DNA from: an uncultured Spirochaetota bacterium
GTDB lineage: Bacteria; Spirochaetota; Spirochaetia; SZUA-6; Fen-1364
Direction of reading: 5' to 3'
NCBI GenBank assembly: GCA_963781885.1
Contig: CAWAHW010000006.1
Location: forward strand, 64,001-128,000
DNA length: 64,000 nucleotides
The notes beneath the pieces were generated by a model that had not been told where the DNA came from, ran no database searches, and saw nothing but the letters and a program-made list of their open reading frames with translations. Below, piece after piece: positions 28,345-38,927 of the stretch. The number at the start of each line of letters is the position of its first letter. Positions within the stretch are counted from its first letter, which is position 1. Made by a program: the position numbers and the translations under genes.

Positions 28345-28958
28345 GCGCGACACGAGCGACCGGGGAACGCTGCCCGTGGGGCGAATCGCACGAGCTGTGC
28401 ATTCCCTACCATGACACGGAATGGGGCCTTCCCTGCCACGACGACGTGCGCCACTTCGAGTTCCTCGTGCTGGAGGCGGCCCAGGCGGGTCTCAGCTGGA
28501 TCACGATATTGAAAAAGCGCGACGCCTACAGACGCGCCTACCGGGGATTCGACCCGGCGCGCGTGGCGCGCTTCGGCCCCCGCGACGTCGAACGGCTGCT
28601 GGGCGACGAGGGGATCGTCCGCAACCGGCTGAAGATCAGCTCATCCCTGAACAACGCGAAGCGTTTTCTCGAGGTCCAGGCGGAATGCGGCAGCTTCGAT
28701 GCCTATCTCTGGCGGTGGACGGGCGGGAAGCCGCGCGTGAACCGATGGACGTCGCAGGCGCAGATTCCGCCGCGCACGGAACTGTCGGACGCCATCTCGA
28801 AGGATTTGAAGGCGCGCGGCTTCTCCTTCGTCGGCTCCACCATCATCTACTCTCACCTGCAAGCCGTCGGCGTCGTCAACGATCACCTCGTGGGCTGTTT
28901 CCGCTGGAAGCAGGTGCAGGGACCCGCCCGTGCGCACGGGCGGAGAAGCCCGGCCTGA
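28341..28958 (+). CDS. tag: DNA-3-methyladenine glycosylase I
   Basis: RCPW, YHDTEWG, QAGLSWITILKKR, GIVRNRLKI, NDHLVGC. Confidence 0.95.
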   Translation: MSATRATGERCPWGESHELCIPYHDTEWGLPCHDDVRHFEFLVLEAAQAGLSWITILKKRDAYRRAYRGFDPARVARFGPRDVERLLGDEGIVRNRLKISSSLNNAKRFLEVQAECGSFDAYLWRWTGGKPRVNRWTSQAQIPPRTELSDAISKDLKARGFSFVGSTIIYSHLQAVGVVNDHLVGCFRWKQVQGPARAHGRRSPA

Positions 28959-29016
28959 GGGTCCTGAGGACTCTTCCTTTACATCGCGCCGGGCTGGCGC
29001 TACAATTTTGCCCATC

Positions 29017-30543
29017 ATGACGGTGCTTGCGATCGGGCCCCGGGATTGGCTCCGCTTCTCGCGTACCGCTGTCCTTGTCGCCGGTCTGTGCGCCGCGCTC
29101 TGGCTCACGAGCACGTGGAGCTACCTCCTCTTCCACAGCCTCGCGGAGATTTTCAGCGTCGCCATCGCCTCCGCGGTCTTCATGATCTCCTGGAGCTCGC
29201 GCGGGTACCCCGAGGCGAAGCCTTTCGTCCTCCTTGGCATCGGCTATCTCTTCGTGTCCCTGCTCGACGTCCTGCACACCCTTTCCTATCAGGGCATGGG
29301 TGTGCTGCCGACGACGCAGGACCAGGCGACGAAGCTGTGGGTTGCCGCGCGCGCCCTGCAGGCGATCGTGACGATCGTCTTTGCGCTCCAGACGTATCGT
29401 CGAAAGAGCATTCCCGCGGCCGCGGCATTCGTCTCCGTCGCCGCCCTCACGGCGCTTGCCATCCTCGCCATATTCGCCTGGCACGTCTTTCCGCTCTGCT
29501 TCGTGGAGGGGGTGGGCGTCACGTCCTTCAAGAAGGCCGCCGAATATGGGATCTGCGTCGTGCTCGCCGGCGCCCTGCTGCTCGTGGCAAGGACACGCCA
29601 GACGGTGAGCGAGCAGGAGAAGTGGCTGCTCGTCGCCGCCTTCGGCCTCAACATCACGAGCGAGCTGGTCTTCACGCTCTACGTGAGCGCCTACGGCTAC
29701 CAGAACATGATCGGGCACCTGCTGAAGATCGGCTCCTTCACCCTGGCCTACCAGGCGCTCTTCGCCACGAAGATCAGGAGTCGTCTCGCCCTGATCGACG
29801 ACCTTCAGCGCTCCACGGCGCGGCTGCGGGAGAGCGAGAACGAGCTGATCAAGGCGAATCTTTCCAAGGACAAGTTCTTTTCCATCCTTGCCCACGACCT
29901 GCGCAATCCCATCAGCGGGCTGCTCGCCCTCTCCGAGCTCCTGGCCACCCGCTATGACGAGATCGATCCGCGCCGGGCGAAGGAGATGTGCGGGTTCCTC
30001 CACGAAGGGGCGCGACAGAGCTCGGAGCTGCTGGAATGCATCCTCCAGTGGGCGCGCGCGCAGTCGGGAAGACTCGAGGTGAGGCCGACCCGGGTGGCAC
30101 TCGCGGAGCTGTGCAGCGGCATCGCGGCGCTCGAGGGTGCCGCCGCGGCGGGCAAGGGCGTGCGGCTGGAATCCCGCATCCGCCCCGGCGCGGCGGTGTG
30201 GGCGGATGAGAATATGACGGCGACCATCATCCGCAACCTCCTGTCCAATGCAATAAAGTTCACGCCCCGCGGCGGCAACGTGGCCCTCTGCGCGGAGCCC
30301 GAGGACGGCACGGAGCGCATCCGCGTCCGGGACACGGGCGTCGGCATGACGAAAGAGGACCTTGCGAAGCTTTTCCGCATCGACGTGCATTTCTCCTGCC
30401 CCGGCACGGAGGCGGAGCGCGGCAGCGGCATCGGCCTCATCCTCTGCAAGGAGCTCGTCGCGCTCAACAAGGGACGCATCGACGTGGAGAGCGAGCGCGG
30501 GCAGGGGAGCACTTTCACCCTCACCCTTCCCCGGGCCCCCTGA
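29017..30543 (+). CDS. MASE3-domain sensor histidine kinase
   Basis: YLLFHSLAEIFS, LHTLSYQGMGV, AHDLRNP, NLLSNAIKF, GSGIGL. Confidence 0.9.
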   Translation: MTVLAIGPRDWLRFSRTAVLVAGLCAALWLTSTWSYLLFHSLAEIFSVAIASAVFMISWSSRGYPEAKPFVLLGIGYLFVSLLDVLHTLSYQGMGVLPTTQDQATKLWVAARALQAIVTIVFALQTYRRKSIPAAAAFVSVAALTALAILAIFAWHVFPLCFVEGVGVTSFKKAAEYGICVVLAGALLLVARTRQTVSEQEKWLLVAAFGLNITSELVFTLYVSAYGYQNMIGHLLKIGSFTLAYQALFATKIRSRLALIDDLQRSTARLRESENELIKANLSKDKFFSILAHDLRNPISGLLALSELLATRYDEIDPRRAKEMCGFLHEGARQSSELLECILQWARAQSGRLEVRPTRVALAELCSGIAALEGAAAAGKGVRLESRIRPGAAVWADENMTATIIRNLLSNAIKFTPRGGNVALCAEPEDGTERIRVRDTGVGMTKEDLAKLFRIDVHFSCPGTEAERGSGIGLILCKELVALNKGRIDVESERGQGSTFTLTLPRAP

Positions 30544-30599
30544 AGGCGCCCGGCTCCGGGCGTTGTCCTCTCCCCCGCATTGCGCTACATTCCCGGTGG

Positions 30600-31313
30600 A
30601 TGAACGAGCTCATCGCCATTGTGGAGGACGAGGACGACATCCGCGCCCTTGTCTGCGCGGGCCTTGCCCGTGAGCGCTTCCGCGTGCGGGAGTATCCCGA
30701 CGGCAAGGGATTCCTCGCCTCGCTGCGCGCGGAAAAGCCCGACCTGGTGGTGCTCGACGTGATGCTCCCCGACACGGACGGCTTCGCGATCTGCCGCGCC
30801 CTGCGCGCGGATCGCGTGAATGCGGCGCTGCCCGTCATCATGCTCACCGCGCGCGCGGAAGAGGCCGACCGGGTGCTGGGGCTCGAGCTGGGAGCCGATG
30901 ACTACGTCGTGAAGCCTTTTTCCCCCAAGGAGCTCGCCGCGCGCGTGAAGGCGGTGCTCCGGCGGTCCGCCCCCGCGGCGGCAAGCTCGCAGATCGATGT
31001 CGGTCACGGGCTTCGCATCGACACGGACATGCGGGAGGCATACCTGGACGAGCAGAGGATCGAGCTCACGCAGGCGGAATACCGCATCCTCCAGCTCCTC
31101 GCCTCGCGTCCGGGCTGGGTCTTTTCCCGGGAGAAGATACTCGATCACCTCTGGGGGGACGAGAAGAACGTGACCGACAGGTCCGTCGACGTGCACGTGA
31201 AGCACCTTCGCGACAAGCTCGGCGCCGGGGGACGCCTGATCCTCAACGTGCGCGGCGTGGGCTACAAGCTCTCCCTTGGCGACACGCCGCGCAAGGGGAC
31301 CGGCGCGCCGTGA
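30600..31313 (+). CDS. phoB: PhoB/PhoP-family response regulator
   Basis: OmpR-type receiver and wHTH; directly upstream of PhoR and pst genes. Confidence 0.85.
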   Translation: MNELIAIVEDEDDIRALVCAGLARERFRVREYPDGKGFLASLRAEKPDLVVLDVMLPDTDGFAICRALRADRVNAALPVIMLTARAEEADRVLGLELGADDYVVKPFSPKELAARVKAVLRRSAPAAASSQIDVGHGLRIDTDMREAYLDEQRIELTQAEYRILQLLASRPGWVFSREKILDHLWGDEKNVTDRSVDVHVKHLRDKLGAGGRLILNVRGVGYKLSLGDTPRKGTGAP

Positions 31314-33063
31314 AGAGGCGCATCTTCAGCCGTATCTTCATCGGCTCCATCCTCGTGAGCCTCGTCGCGGTCCTTGCTTTCGCCTTCTACGCGTACCGTC
31401 TTGCCCGGGACACCTCCTTCACCGCGCTCACACGGGGCCTGGAGATCGCGGCGCGCACGGCGCTCACCTCCGTCAATCCGCGGATGGCCGCGGGCAGGAC
31501 ACCCGCGCTGGACGGCCTTGTCGCCGACATGGCCGCCGCGGGGCGCGTACGGCTCACCGTCATCGACGCCCACGGGGTGGTGCTCGCCGATTCCGAGCAG
31601 GATCCCGCGACGATGGAGAATCACAGCAATCGCCCCGAGGTCGGCACGGCGATGACGGGAAAGACGGGCATCTCGTCGCGCTTCAGCGGCACGCTGCGGC
31701 AATGGATGATCTACGTGGCGATTCCCGCGCGGCGCCCGGATGGCAGCATCGGCGGGGTCGTGCGGGCGTCGACGTACGCGGAAGAGTACGCGGCCCTGAC
31801 GCGGCAGGAAGGCGCCCGTCTTTCGATCTTTGCCGCGCTCCTGTTCATCGCCTGCCTGCTTTCCGCCCTGGTTTTTTCGCGCACGATCACCGCCCCCCTC
31901 CGCGACCTCACCGGCGTCGTAGGTCGTTTTGCCGCCGGGGATTTCGGCGCCCGGCTCCACCTGCGCCGCGCCGACGAGCTGCGCACGTTGGCCGACAGCT
32001 TCAACGGCATGGGGGAGAAGGTGCAGGACCTCTTCCGCGAGCGCGTCCAGCGCATGCAGGAGCTGGACGGCATCTTTTCCTCCGTCCGGCAGGGCATCCT
32101 CCTGCTGGACAGCGAGGGCCGCATCGTGCGCAGCAACCGGGGCTTCGAGGAGCTCTCCGACGTGCGTCCCGTGGAGGGAAAGACGCTCTGGGAAGCGGTG
32201 CGCGCCCCCCGTCTCACCGAGCTCGTGCAGCACGCGCGGACGAGCGGCAGGAGACAGTCAGAGGAGGTGGCGCTCGGCGACCGGTGGATCCTCTGCACGG
32301 TGGAGCACATGGCAGACCGCGAGGAGCTGATCGTTGTCTTGAATGACGTGAGCGACGTGCGGCGCCTGGAGACCCTCAAGCGGGACTTCGTCGTCAACGC
32401 GTCCCACGAGCTGCGCACGCCCCTCACCTCCATCGTCGGCTCCCTGGAGATGCTCGAGGGAAAGCTTGACGAGGAATCCACGCGCTGGGTCGACGCGATA
32501 CGCCGAAACGCGGAGCGCATGACGGCGATCGTGCAGGATATGCTCATGCTCTCCGGCCTGGAAGCCCCGGGCGAGGTGCCGGCCGCGGAGCAGGTGGACC
32601 TGAAGCGGCTCGCGGAGGACGTGACGGGCATGTTTCTCCACCGCGCCGAGATACAGGGGCTTGCCCTGACGCTCACCGTCTCGCCGGACCTGCCTCCCGC
32701 TGCACGCCGATCCGTTCCTGCTCGAGCAGATGCTCGTGAACCTGATCGATAATGCGCTGAAGTACACGGAGAACGGCGAGGTGCGGGTGAGCTGCACGAC
32801 GGGATGGGCCGGACCATGTGCGCATCGAGGTGGCCGACACGGGCATCGGCATCCCCGAGGAAAGCCTCCCGCGCATCTTCGAGCGCTTCTACGTCGTGGA
32901 CAAGTCCCGGTCGCGGAAGCTCGGCGGCACGGGGCTGGGGCTCGCAATCGTCAAGCATATCGCGCAGAGCCACGCCGGCACCGTTGACGTGGAAAGCACG
33001 CTGGGCCGCGGCACGCGGTTCATCGTGCGCCTGCCGCTCGATTTCCGCACCGCCGGGATTTAA
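31310..33063 (+). CDS. phoR: PhoR sensor kinase; two +1 frameshifts (~32697, ~32801)
   Basis: [56 protein letters not shown]. Confidence 0.88.
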
Positions 33064-33098
33064 CACAAAATTAACAGAACCTTCACCCCTGACTAACA
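33060..33098 (+). promoter_or_regulatory. Pho-box-like direct repeats (11-bp period)
   Basis: TTAACA 33060, TTAACA 33071, TTCACC 33082, CTAACA 33093, upstream of pstS. Confidence 0.75.
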
Positions 33099-33173
33099 GC
33101 GGGCGGACAGATTGGACGAGCACATGCGTTGCCACGCATGAAGCCTCACGTATTGCTGTGAAGGAGGATATCC

Positions 33174-34217
33174 ATGAAATTGTCCCGGATCATGGTGGCG
33201 GCCCTGCTGCTCACCGCTGCCGCCGGCTTTGGCTTCGGCCAGGGCACGGAGCTCGTCGGAGCGGGCGCCACGTTCCCCGCCCCGTTCTATTCGAAAGTGT
33301 TCGATGAGTACAACAAGCAGTTCAGCGTGAAGGTGAACTACCAGGCCATCGGCTCTGGTGGCGGGCAGACCCAGCTCAAGAACAAGACCGTGGACTTCGG
33401 CGCCAGTGACGTCGTGGTCACCGACGACGTTGCGAAGTCATTCCCCGCGCCGTTCGTTTCCATCCCCATGGTCGAAGGCGCGGTCACCATCACCTACAAT
33501 CTTCCCGGCAGCCCCACGCTGAAGCTCACCTCCGACATCGTCGCCGACATCTTTCTCGGGAAGATCAAGAAGTGGAATGACAGCCGGATCGCGGCCCTGA
33601 ACCCGGACGTGAAGCTGCCCAGCACCAACATGACCGTGGTGCACCGCTCGGACGGCAGCGGCACGACGGCAGTCTTCAGCGACTATCTGAGCAAAGTCTC
33701 CGACGATTGGAAGACCAAGGTGGGCGTGGGACAGTCCCTGAACTGGCCGGTCGGCGTGGGTGGCAAAGGAAACCCCGGCGTCGCGGGCCTCGTCAAGCAG
33801 CTCCCGGGCGCCGTCGGCTACGTCGAGCTCATCTACGCCTTGCAGAACACCATGCCGTATGCGACATTGAAGAACAAGAACGGGAACTGGATCGTGCCGT
33901 CCCTCGCTTCGACGAGCGAAGCAGCAATGGTGGCCATCCCCGATGACGTCACAAAGGTGAATCTCACGGACTCCACCGCCCCGAACGGGTATCCCATCTC
34001 GACGTTCACCTGGATCCTCGTGTACAAGGAGCAGAATTACGACAATCGCCCCAAGGACAAGGTCACCGCAATGATGAAGATGCTGTGGTGGATGGTGCAC
34101 GACGGTCAGCAGTACGCCCAGCCTCTGGCGTACGCCACACTGCCCAAGGCAGTGGTCGACAAGGCCGAGGTCATCCTGAAATCGGTCACCTACAACGGGA
34201 CACCGGTCCTGCAATAG
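33174..34217 (+). CDS. pstS: Phosphate ABC substrate-binding protein
   Basis: GAGATFP, YQAIGSGGG, DFGASD, RSDGSGTT, GKGNPGV, YPIS. Confidence 0.96.
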   Translation: MKLSRIMVAALLLTAAAGFGFGQGTELVGAGATFPAPFYSKVFDEYNKQFSVKVNYQAIGSGGGQTQLKNKTVDFGASDVVVTDDVAKSFPAPFVSIPMVEGAVTITYNLPGSPTLKLTSDIVADIFLGKIKKWNDSRIAALNPDVKLPSTNMTVVHRSDGSGTTAVFSDYLSKVSDDWKTKVGVGQSLNWPVGVGGKGNPGVAGLVKQLPGAVGYVELIYALQNTMPYATLKNKNGNWIVPSLASTSEAAMVAIPDDVTKVNLTDSTAPNGYPISTFTWILVYKEQNYDNRPKDKVTAMMKMLWWMVHDGQQYAQPLAYATLPKAVVDKAEVILKSVTYNGTPVLQ

Positions 34218-34225
34218 GTCGGTGA

Positions 34226-35105
34226 ATGAAGAGCGAGCGGTCATCCGACACGGCATTCAGGACCCTGCTCGTTCTCGGGGGGATCGCGGTGAGTGTCCTG
34301 CTCATCGCGATCTTCTTTTCTCTGACGCTCACCTCCCGCAGCGCCATCGTGGCCAACGGGTTTCGGTTCATCACGGGCTCGGAGTGGGACCCGGTCACCA
34401 ACTCGTTTCACTCCCTGGCGTTCGTGGTGGGCACGCTCATCACGTCCCTCATTGCCCTGGTGATTGCGACGATCTTGGCCCTGGCGCTCGCCATCCTCAT
34501 GGGAGAATATTTCCGGTCCGGTGCGTTCAGCGCGATCATGACGACGGCCGTCGAGCTGCTGGCCGGAATCCCTTCCGTGGTCTATGGGTTCATCGGACTG
34601 TTCTTCTTTGTGCCGGCCGTCCGGGTGCTCCAGACCCTTCTCGGCCTGCCGCCCTACGGGGTAGGCATGTTTACCACCGCGCTGCTCCTGGCTTTCATGA
34701 TTCTTCCCTACTCCGCTTCAATCGGGCGGGAGATAATCACCCTCGTTCCCGCGGACCTCAAGGAAGCGGCGCTCTCACTCGGAGCCACCCGATCGGAGAC
34801 GGTCTGGAAGGTGACCTTGCCCTATGCCACATCGGGCATCATGGGCGGGGTTCTGCTGTCGCTTGGTCGCGCGCTCGGAGAGACAATGGCGGTGACGATG
34901 GTCATCGGGAATGCGAACACCCTCACCTTCAACATATTTCGCCCCCGGCAACACCATGGCGAGCGTGATTGCCAACGAGTTCTCCGAGGCATCCAGCAAT
35001 CTCTACCTTTCGAGCCTGATCGAGATCGGGCTCCTGCTTTTCATCGTCAGCACGCTGATCAACATCGCGGGGAAGATCGTCGTGAACCGCATGACGGCCA
35101 GATGA
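34226..35105 (+). CDS. pstC: Phosphate ABC permease; +1 frameshift ~34938
   Basis: ELLAGIPSVVYG, GRALGETMAV, then FAPGNTMASVIANEF in the shifted frame. Confidence 0.92.
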
Positions 35106-35113
35106 GGGCGGAC

Positions 35114-36013
35114 ATGGGTGATACGCAGGAAAAGGAAGCGCGCGTGCCGACGACGCGAACACGAAAGCTGGATGCCGGGGTGGCAGCCCGGCTCCGCCGC
35201 GATCTTGGCTTTCGTGTGCTGATGATCGTCCTCTCCCTCATCGCCGTCGTCCCGCTGGCGTTGATCCTGATCTACATCGTCGTGAAGGGAGCCTCCTCGA
35301 TCAACTGGCAGTTCCTCACCCAGCTGCCCAAGCCGATGGGAGAGACGGGGGGAGGCATCTCCAACGCAATCGTCGGCACCGTGATCCTCGTCGCGATCGC
35401 CAGCGTCATCTCGGTGCCCGTGGGGATCTTCGCGGGGATCTTCCTCTCCGAGCAGTCAAAGAGCCGGCTGGGAACGGTTGCCCGCGTGTCCGTGGAAACC
35501 CTCATGGGGATTCCCTCAATCGTCATTGGCATCGTGGCCTATACCTGGATCGTTCGTCCGATGGGGCATTTCTCCTCCCTCTCCGGCGGCGTGGCGCTCG
35601 CGATGATCATGCTGCCGGTCATCACGCTGGCCACGGAGGAAACCCTCCTCCTGATCCCGATGTCGCTGCGGGAGGCGGCACTTGCCCTGGGGGTTTCCTA
35701 CCCCCGCACGGTCATGCGCGTCATTCTTCCGGCCGGCATGAGCGGCATCGTCACGGGCGTTCTTCTGGCCGTGGCGCGGGGCGCGGGGGAGACGGCTCCG
35801 CTCCTTTTCACCGCGTTCGGGAGTCCCTTCATGGCGGTGAACATCTTCAAGCCGATGGAATCGCTGCCGCACACGATTTTCTATTACGCCACGAGCCCCT
35901 ACCCTGAATGGCAGGCTCTCGCGTGGGGCGCCTCCTTCGTCCTCCTGGTCATCGTCCTGGCGCTGAACATCGTCACAAAGCTGGTAACATCGAGATGGAA
36001 GGTCCGATTCTAA
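35114..36013 (+). CDS. pstA: Phosphate ABC permease
   Basis: GGISNAIVGT, GIPSIVIG, ARGAGETAPLL; fused to pstC in the ORF track only because of the frameshift. Confidence 0.93.
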   Translation: MGDTQEKEARVPTTRTRKLDAGVAARLRRDLGFRVLMIVLSLIAVVPLALILIYIVVKGASSINWQFLTQLPKPMGETGGGISNAIVGTVILVAIASVISVPVGIFAGIFLSEQSKSRLGTVARVSVETLMGIPSIVIGIVAYTWIVRPMGHFSSLSGGVALAMIMLPVITLATEETLLLIPMSLREAALALGVSYPRTVMRVILPAGMSGIVTGVLLAVARGAGETAPLLFTAFGSPFMAVNIFKPMESLPHTIFYYATSPYPEWQALAWGASFVLLVIVLALNIVTKLVTSRWKVRF

Positions 36014-36774
36014 CACCTGAAACCACAATCCTGGAGACCCGCGGTCTCGTTGCGGGTTTCGACGACAAGGATGTCGTCAAGGCGATCTCCCTCGCGATCC
36101 CCGCGGGCAAGATCACCGCGATCATGGGGCCGTCGGGATGCGGCAAGACCACGTTCATGCGGTGCATCAACCGCATGCACGAGCTGGCAGCCAACGCGTT
36201 CGTGAAGGGAACGGTGCTGCTGGACAACGAGGACGTGTACAAGCTCAACCCCATCCTTCTGCGGCGCCGCATCGGGATGGTGTTCCAGAGGCCCAACCCC
36301 TTCCCGACCATGAGCATCTACGACAACGTGGTGGCCGGCTACAACCTGAACGGCGCGCGCATGGCCCGGGTGGACCGGGACCGCATCGTGGAGGAGACCC
36401 TCCGTCGGGTGACGCTCTGGGACGAGGTGAAGGACAACCTCTACCGCCGCGGCACCTTTCTCTCCGGCGGTCAGCAGCAGCGCCTCTGCATCGCGCGCGC
36501 GCTGGCGATGAAACCCGAGATCATCCTCCTGGACGAGCCGACGTCCGCCCTGGATCCGAAGGCCACGGCGGCCATTGAGGAGCTGGTCGTGATGCTCAAG
36601 GGAGTGGTCACGATCGTCCAGGTCACGCACAACATCCCGCAGGCGGCACGCATCTCCGACTACACCGCGTTCATCCACCTTGGCGAGCTCGTGGAGTTCG
36701 GGCCGACGAAGACGGTTTTCACCGTCCCGAAGGATTCCCGCACCGAGGAATACCTCTCGGGGAAATTCGGATAG
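35995..36774 (+). CDS. pstB: Phosphate ABC ATPase
   Basis: GPSGCGKT, VFQRPNPFP, LSGGQQQRLCIARAL, DEPTSALDP. Confidence 0.95.
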   Translation: MEGPILTPETTILETRGLVAGFDDKDVVKAISLAIPAGKITAIMGPSGCGKTTFMRCINRMHELAANAFVKGTVLLDNEDVYKLNPILLRRRIGMVFQRPNPFPTMSIYDNVVAGYNLNGARMARVDRDRIVEETLRRVTLWDEVKDNLYRRGTFLSGGQQQRLCIARALAMKPEIILLDEPTSALDPKATAAIEELVVMLKGVVTIVQVTHNIPQAARISDYTAFIHLGELVEFGPTKTVFTVPKDSRTEEYLSGKFG

Positions 36775-36782
36775 GAGTGGCA

Positions 36783-37448
36783 ATGCCGATACCGGAGATG
36801 GATGACCTGAAGGCGAAGCTCGTCGGATACAGCAGGTTCGTGGAGGGCATGATCGGGAAGAGCCGGCAGGCGCTCGTGACGCGTCAGGCGGAGGTGCTCG
36901 CCGAGATCATCGACGACGACGAGCCGCGCGCGAACGACACGGAAATCGCGCTGGAGGCGGAGTGCACGGCCGTCATCGCCCGGCACCAGCCCATGGCCCG
37001 CGACCTGCGCGCCATCCTCATGATTCTCCGCATCGTCAACGACCTGGAGCGCATCGCCGATCACGCGGTGAACATCGCCGAGGCGGTGCGCGACCACATC
37101 AACGGCACCGTCATCGCGCCTGACGACGCCGTGCTCACGATGTTCGACAAGACCTCCCGCATGATGGACGACGCCATTCGCGCCTTCATCGACGGGGATT
37201 CCGCGCTGGGGCAGCAGGTGTGTCTTGCCGATGCCGAGGTGGACGCGCTTGCCACCGGCATCCTCGAGCGGATGAGCGCCGCCATGACGACGGATGCCAC
37301 CCGCATCCCCCACAACCTTGCCCTCCTGAAGATCGCCGCGAATCTGGAGCGCGTCGCGGACCTTTCCACCAACATGGGTGAAGATGTAATCTACATGGCG
37401 GAGGGCCGCGTGATCAAACACCACCGCCAGGAGCACCCCCCGACGTGA
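36783..37448 (+). CDS. phoU: Phosphate signalling protein PhoU
   Basis: QPMARDLR, DLERIADHAVNIA, LERVADLSTN. Confidence 0.95.
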   Translation: MPIPEMDDLKAKLVGYSRFVEGMIGKSRQALVTRQAEVLAEIIDDDEPRANDTEIALEAECTAVIARHQPMARDLRAILMILRIVNDLERIADHAVNIAEAVRDHINGTVIAPDDAVLTMFDKTSRMMDDAIRAFIDGDSALGQQVCLADAEVDALATGILERMSAAMTTDATRIPHNLALLKIAANLERVADLSTNMGEDVIYMAEGRVIKHHRQEHPPT

Positions 37449-38554
37449 CCCCGGCGCATCCCGACCCCGGGAGCGACTGGTCCGGTGCCCCGCTGTACCG
37501 CCGGTACATCGAGGGGACGCTCCAGCACCTCTACGATTCCTCGCCGCTCAACGGCATCGGTCCGCGCGACCGCATCCTCATCATGAGCGATCTCCACCTC
37601 GGCGACGGCGGTCCGCGCGACGACTTCCGCCACAATGCGGCCCTCGTGGAGACGGTGCTCCGCGACCATTACCTGGCCTCTGGATGGGCGCTCGTGCTCA
37701 ACGGCGACATCGAGGAGCTGCAGCGCTTCTCCTACCCGGCCATCCATGCAAAATGGAAGGACGTCTTCGCGCTTTTTGCCGAGTTCGGCAGGCGCGCGGC
37801 GCTGTACAAGATCGTGGGAAATCACGATCAGACGTTGCGGGCGCACGCGCCGCGCAAGGAGGCCTCCGCGCTCCTGGACGGCATGCGTCTTGCCAGCAAC
37901 GGGAGCGAGCTCTTTCTCTTCCACGGACACCAGGCGACGATCTTCTTCGAGCGCTTCAACGGGGTGTCGGAGTTCTTCCTGCGCGCGTTCGCCAACACCT
38001 TCCGGATCCCCAACACCCCCGTCCTGTACGAGAGCCAGAAGAAGTACCTTACCGAGCACCGGGTCTACACCTTTTCGGCAAGCCGCAAGATCGTCTCCAT
38101 CATCGGCCACACCCATCGGCCGCTTTTCGAGTCGCTCTCCAAGATCGACACGCTGCGCTTCAGGATCGAGCAGCTCTGCCGCGACTATCCCACGGTGTCC
38201 CCCCGGGCGCGGGCGGCGATCGAGACGGCCGTCGCGGTGTACCGTCGGGACCTCGCGCGTCTGTGGGCAAAGGATCGCGAGGAAGGCCTTCGCGGGAGCC
38301 TCTACAATGAGCAGATCTGGATCCCCTGTCTCTTCAACTCGGGCTGCGCCATCGGCAAGCGCGGCGTGACTGCCCTGGAGATCGCGGGGGGCAAGATCGC
38401 GCTCGTGCACTGGTTCGACCGCACCCGGGGGGAGACCCGTCTCACGCAGGACGTGGCCCCTGCCGAGCGGCTGGGGGAGAGCGATTTTTTCCGCACGGTC
38501 ATCAAGCAGGACAGGCTGGAGTACGTCTTTTCCCGCATCCGGCTGCTCGCCTGA
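37445..38554 (+). CDS. Calcineurin-like metallophosphoesterase
   Basis: SDLHLG, NGD, GNHD, FHGH, GHTH; GTGA overlap with phoU. Confidence 0.88.
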   Translation: MTPAHPDPGSDWSGAPLYRRYIEGTLQHLYDSSPLNGIGPRDRILIMSDLHLGDGGPRDDFRHNAALVETVLRDHYLASGWALVLNGDIEELQRFSYPAIHAKWKDVFALFAEFGRRAALYKIVGNHDQTLRAHAPRKEASALLDGMRLASNGSELFLFHGHQATIFFERFNGVSEFFLRAFANTFRIPNTPVLYESQKKYLTEHRVYTFSASRKIVSIIGHTHRPLFESLSKIDTLRFRIEQLCRDYPTVSPRARAAIETAVAVYRRDLARLWAKDREEGLRGSLYNEQIWIPCLFNSGCAIGKRGVTALEIAGGKIALVHWFDRTRGETRLTQDVAPAERLGESDFFRTVIKQDRLEYVFSRIRLLA

Positions 38555-38585
38555 CGCGGCTGCACGGGATCGCCGGCACGCCGAA

Positions 38586-38613
38586 TCAACACATTCCTAA
38601 GAGAAGCTTAACA
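38586..38613 (+). promoter_or_regulatory. Pho-box-like repeats (11-bp period)
   Basis: TCAACA 38586, CTAAGA 38597, TTAACA 38608. Confidence 0.55.
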
Positions 38614-38647
38614 CTGCCGGGATACCTTCCGGAGCGGGAGGTTCATC

Positions 38648-38923
38648 ATGTCCAGAAAAAGCGTCCTTGGTGTCACGACGCGCGTGCAGGCCTGCGAGCT
38701 GTGCGGCGAGGAGATCACCCATGACGTGGTCCGCGTCGACGAGGGAAGGATCTATCACCTGCGCTGCTTCCGCCAGCGCGTGCCGCAGTCCGAGATGGGA
38801 TTGTACGAATGCCCGAAATGCCGCACCCTTGGCCGCGTGTGGGAATGGGGAGCCCGCCGGTGGCGCGCGTGCAGCCTCTGCAGCGGGTATCTCTCCGCCC
38901 CCGGGGAGCCGTGTGGGAATTGA
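38648..38923 (+). CDS. Small zinc-finger-like protein
   Basis: GGGAGG RBS; CELC, HLRC, CPKC, CSLC pairs. Confidence 0.7.
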   Translation: MSRKSVLGVTTRVQACELCGEEITHDVVRVDEGRIYHLRCFRQRVPQSEMGLYECPKCRTLGRVWEWGARRWRACSLCSGYLSAPGEPCGN

Positions 38924-38927
38924 GGCG

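Noticed and set aside
34226-36013. Apparent 595-aa PstC-PstA fusion
   Set aside because: Caused by a +1 frameshift at ~34938; the true PstC C-terminus is in another frame ending at 35105.
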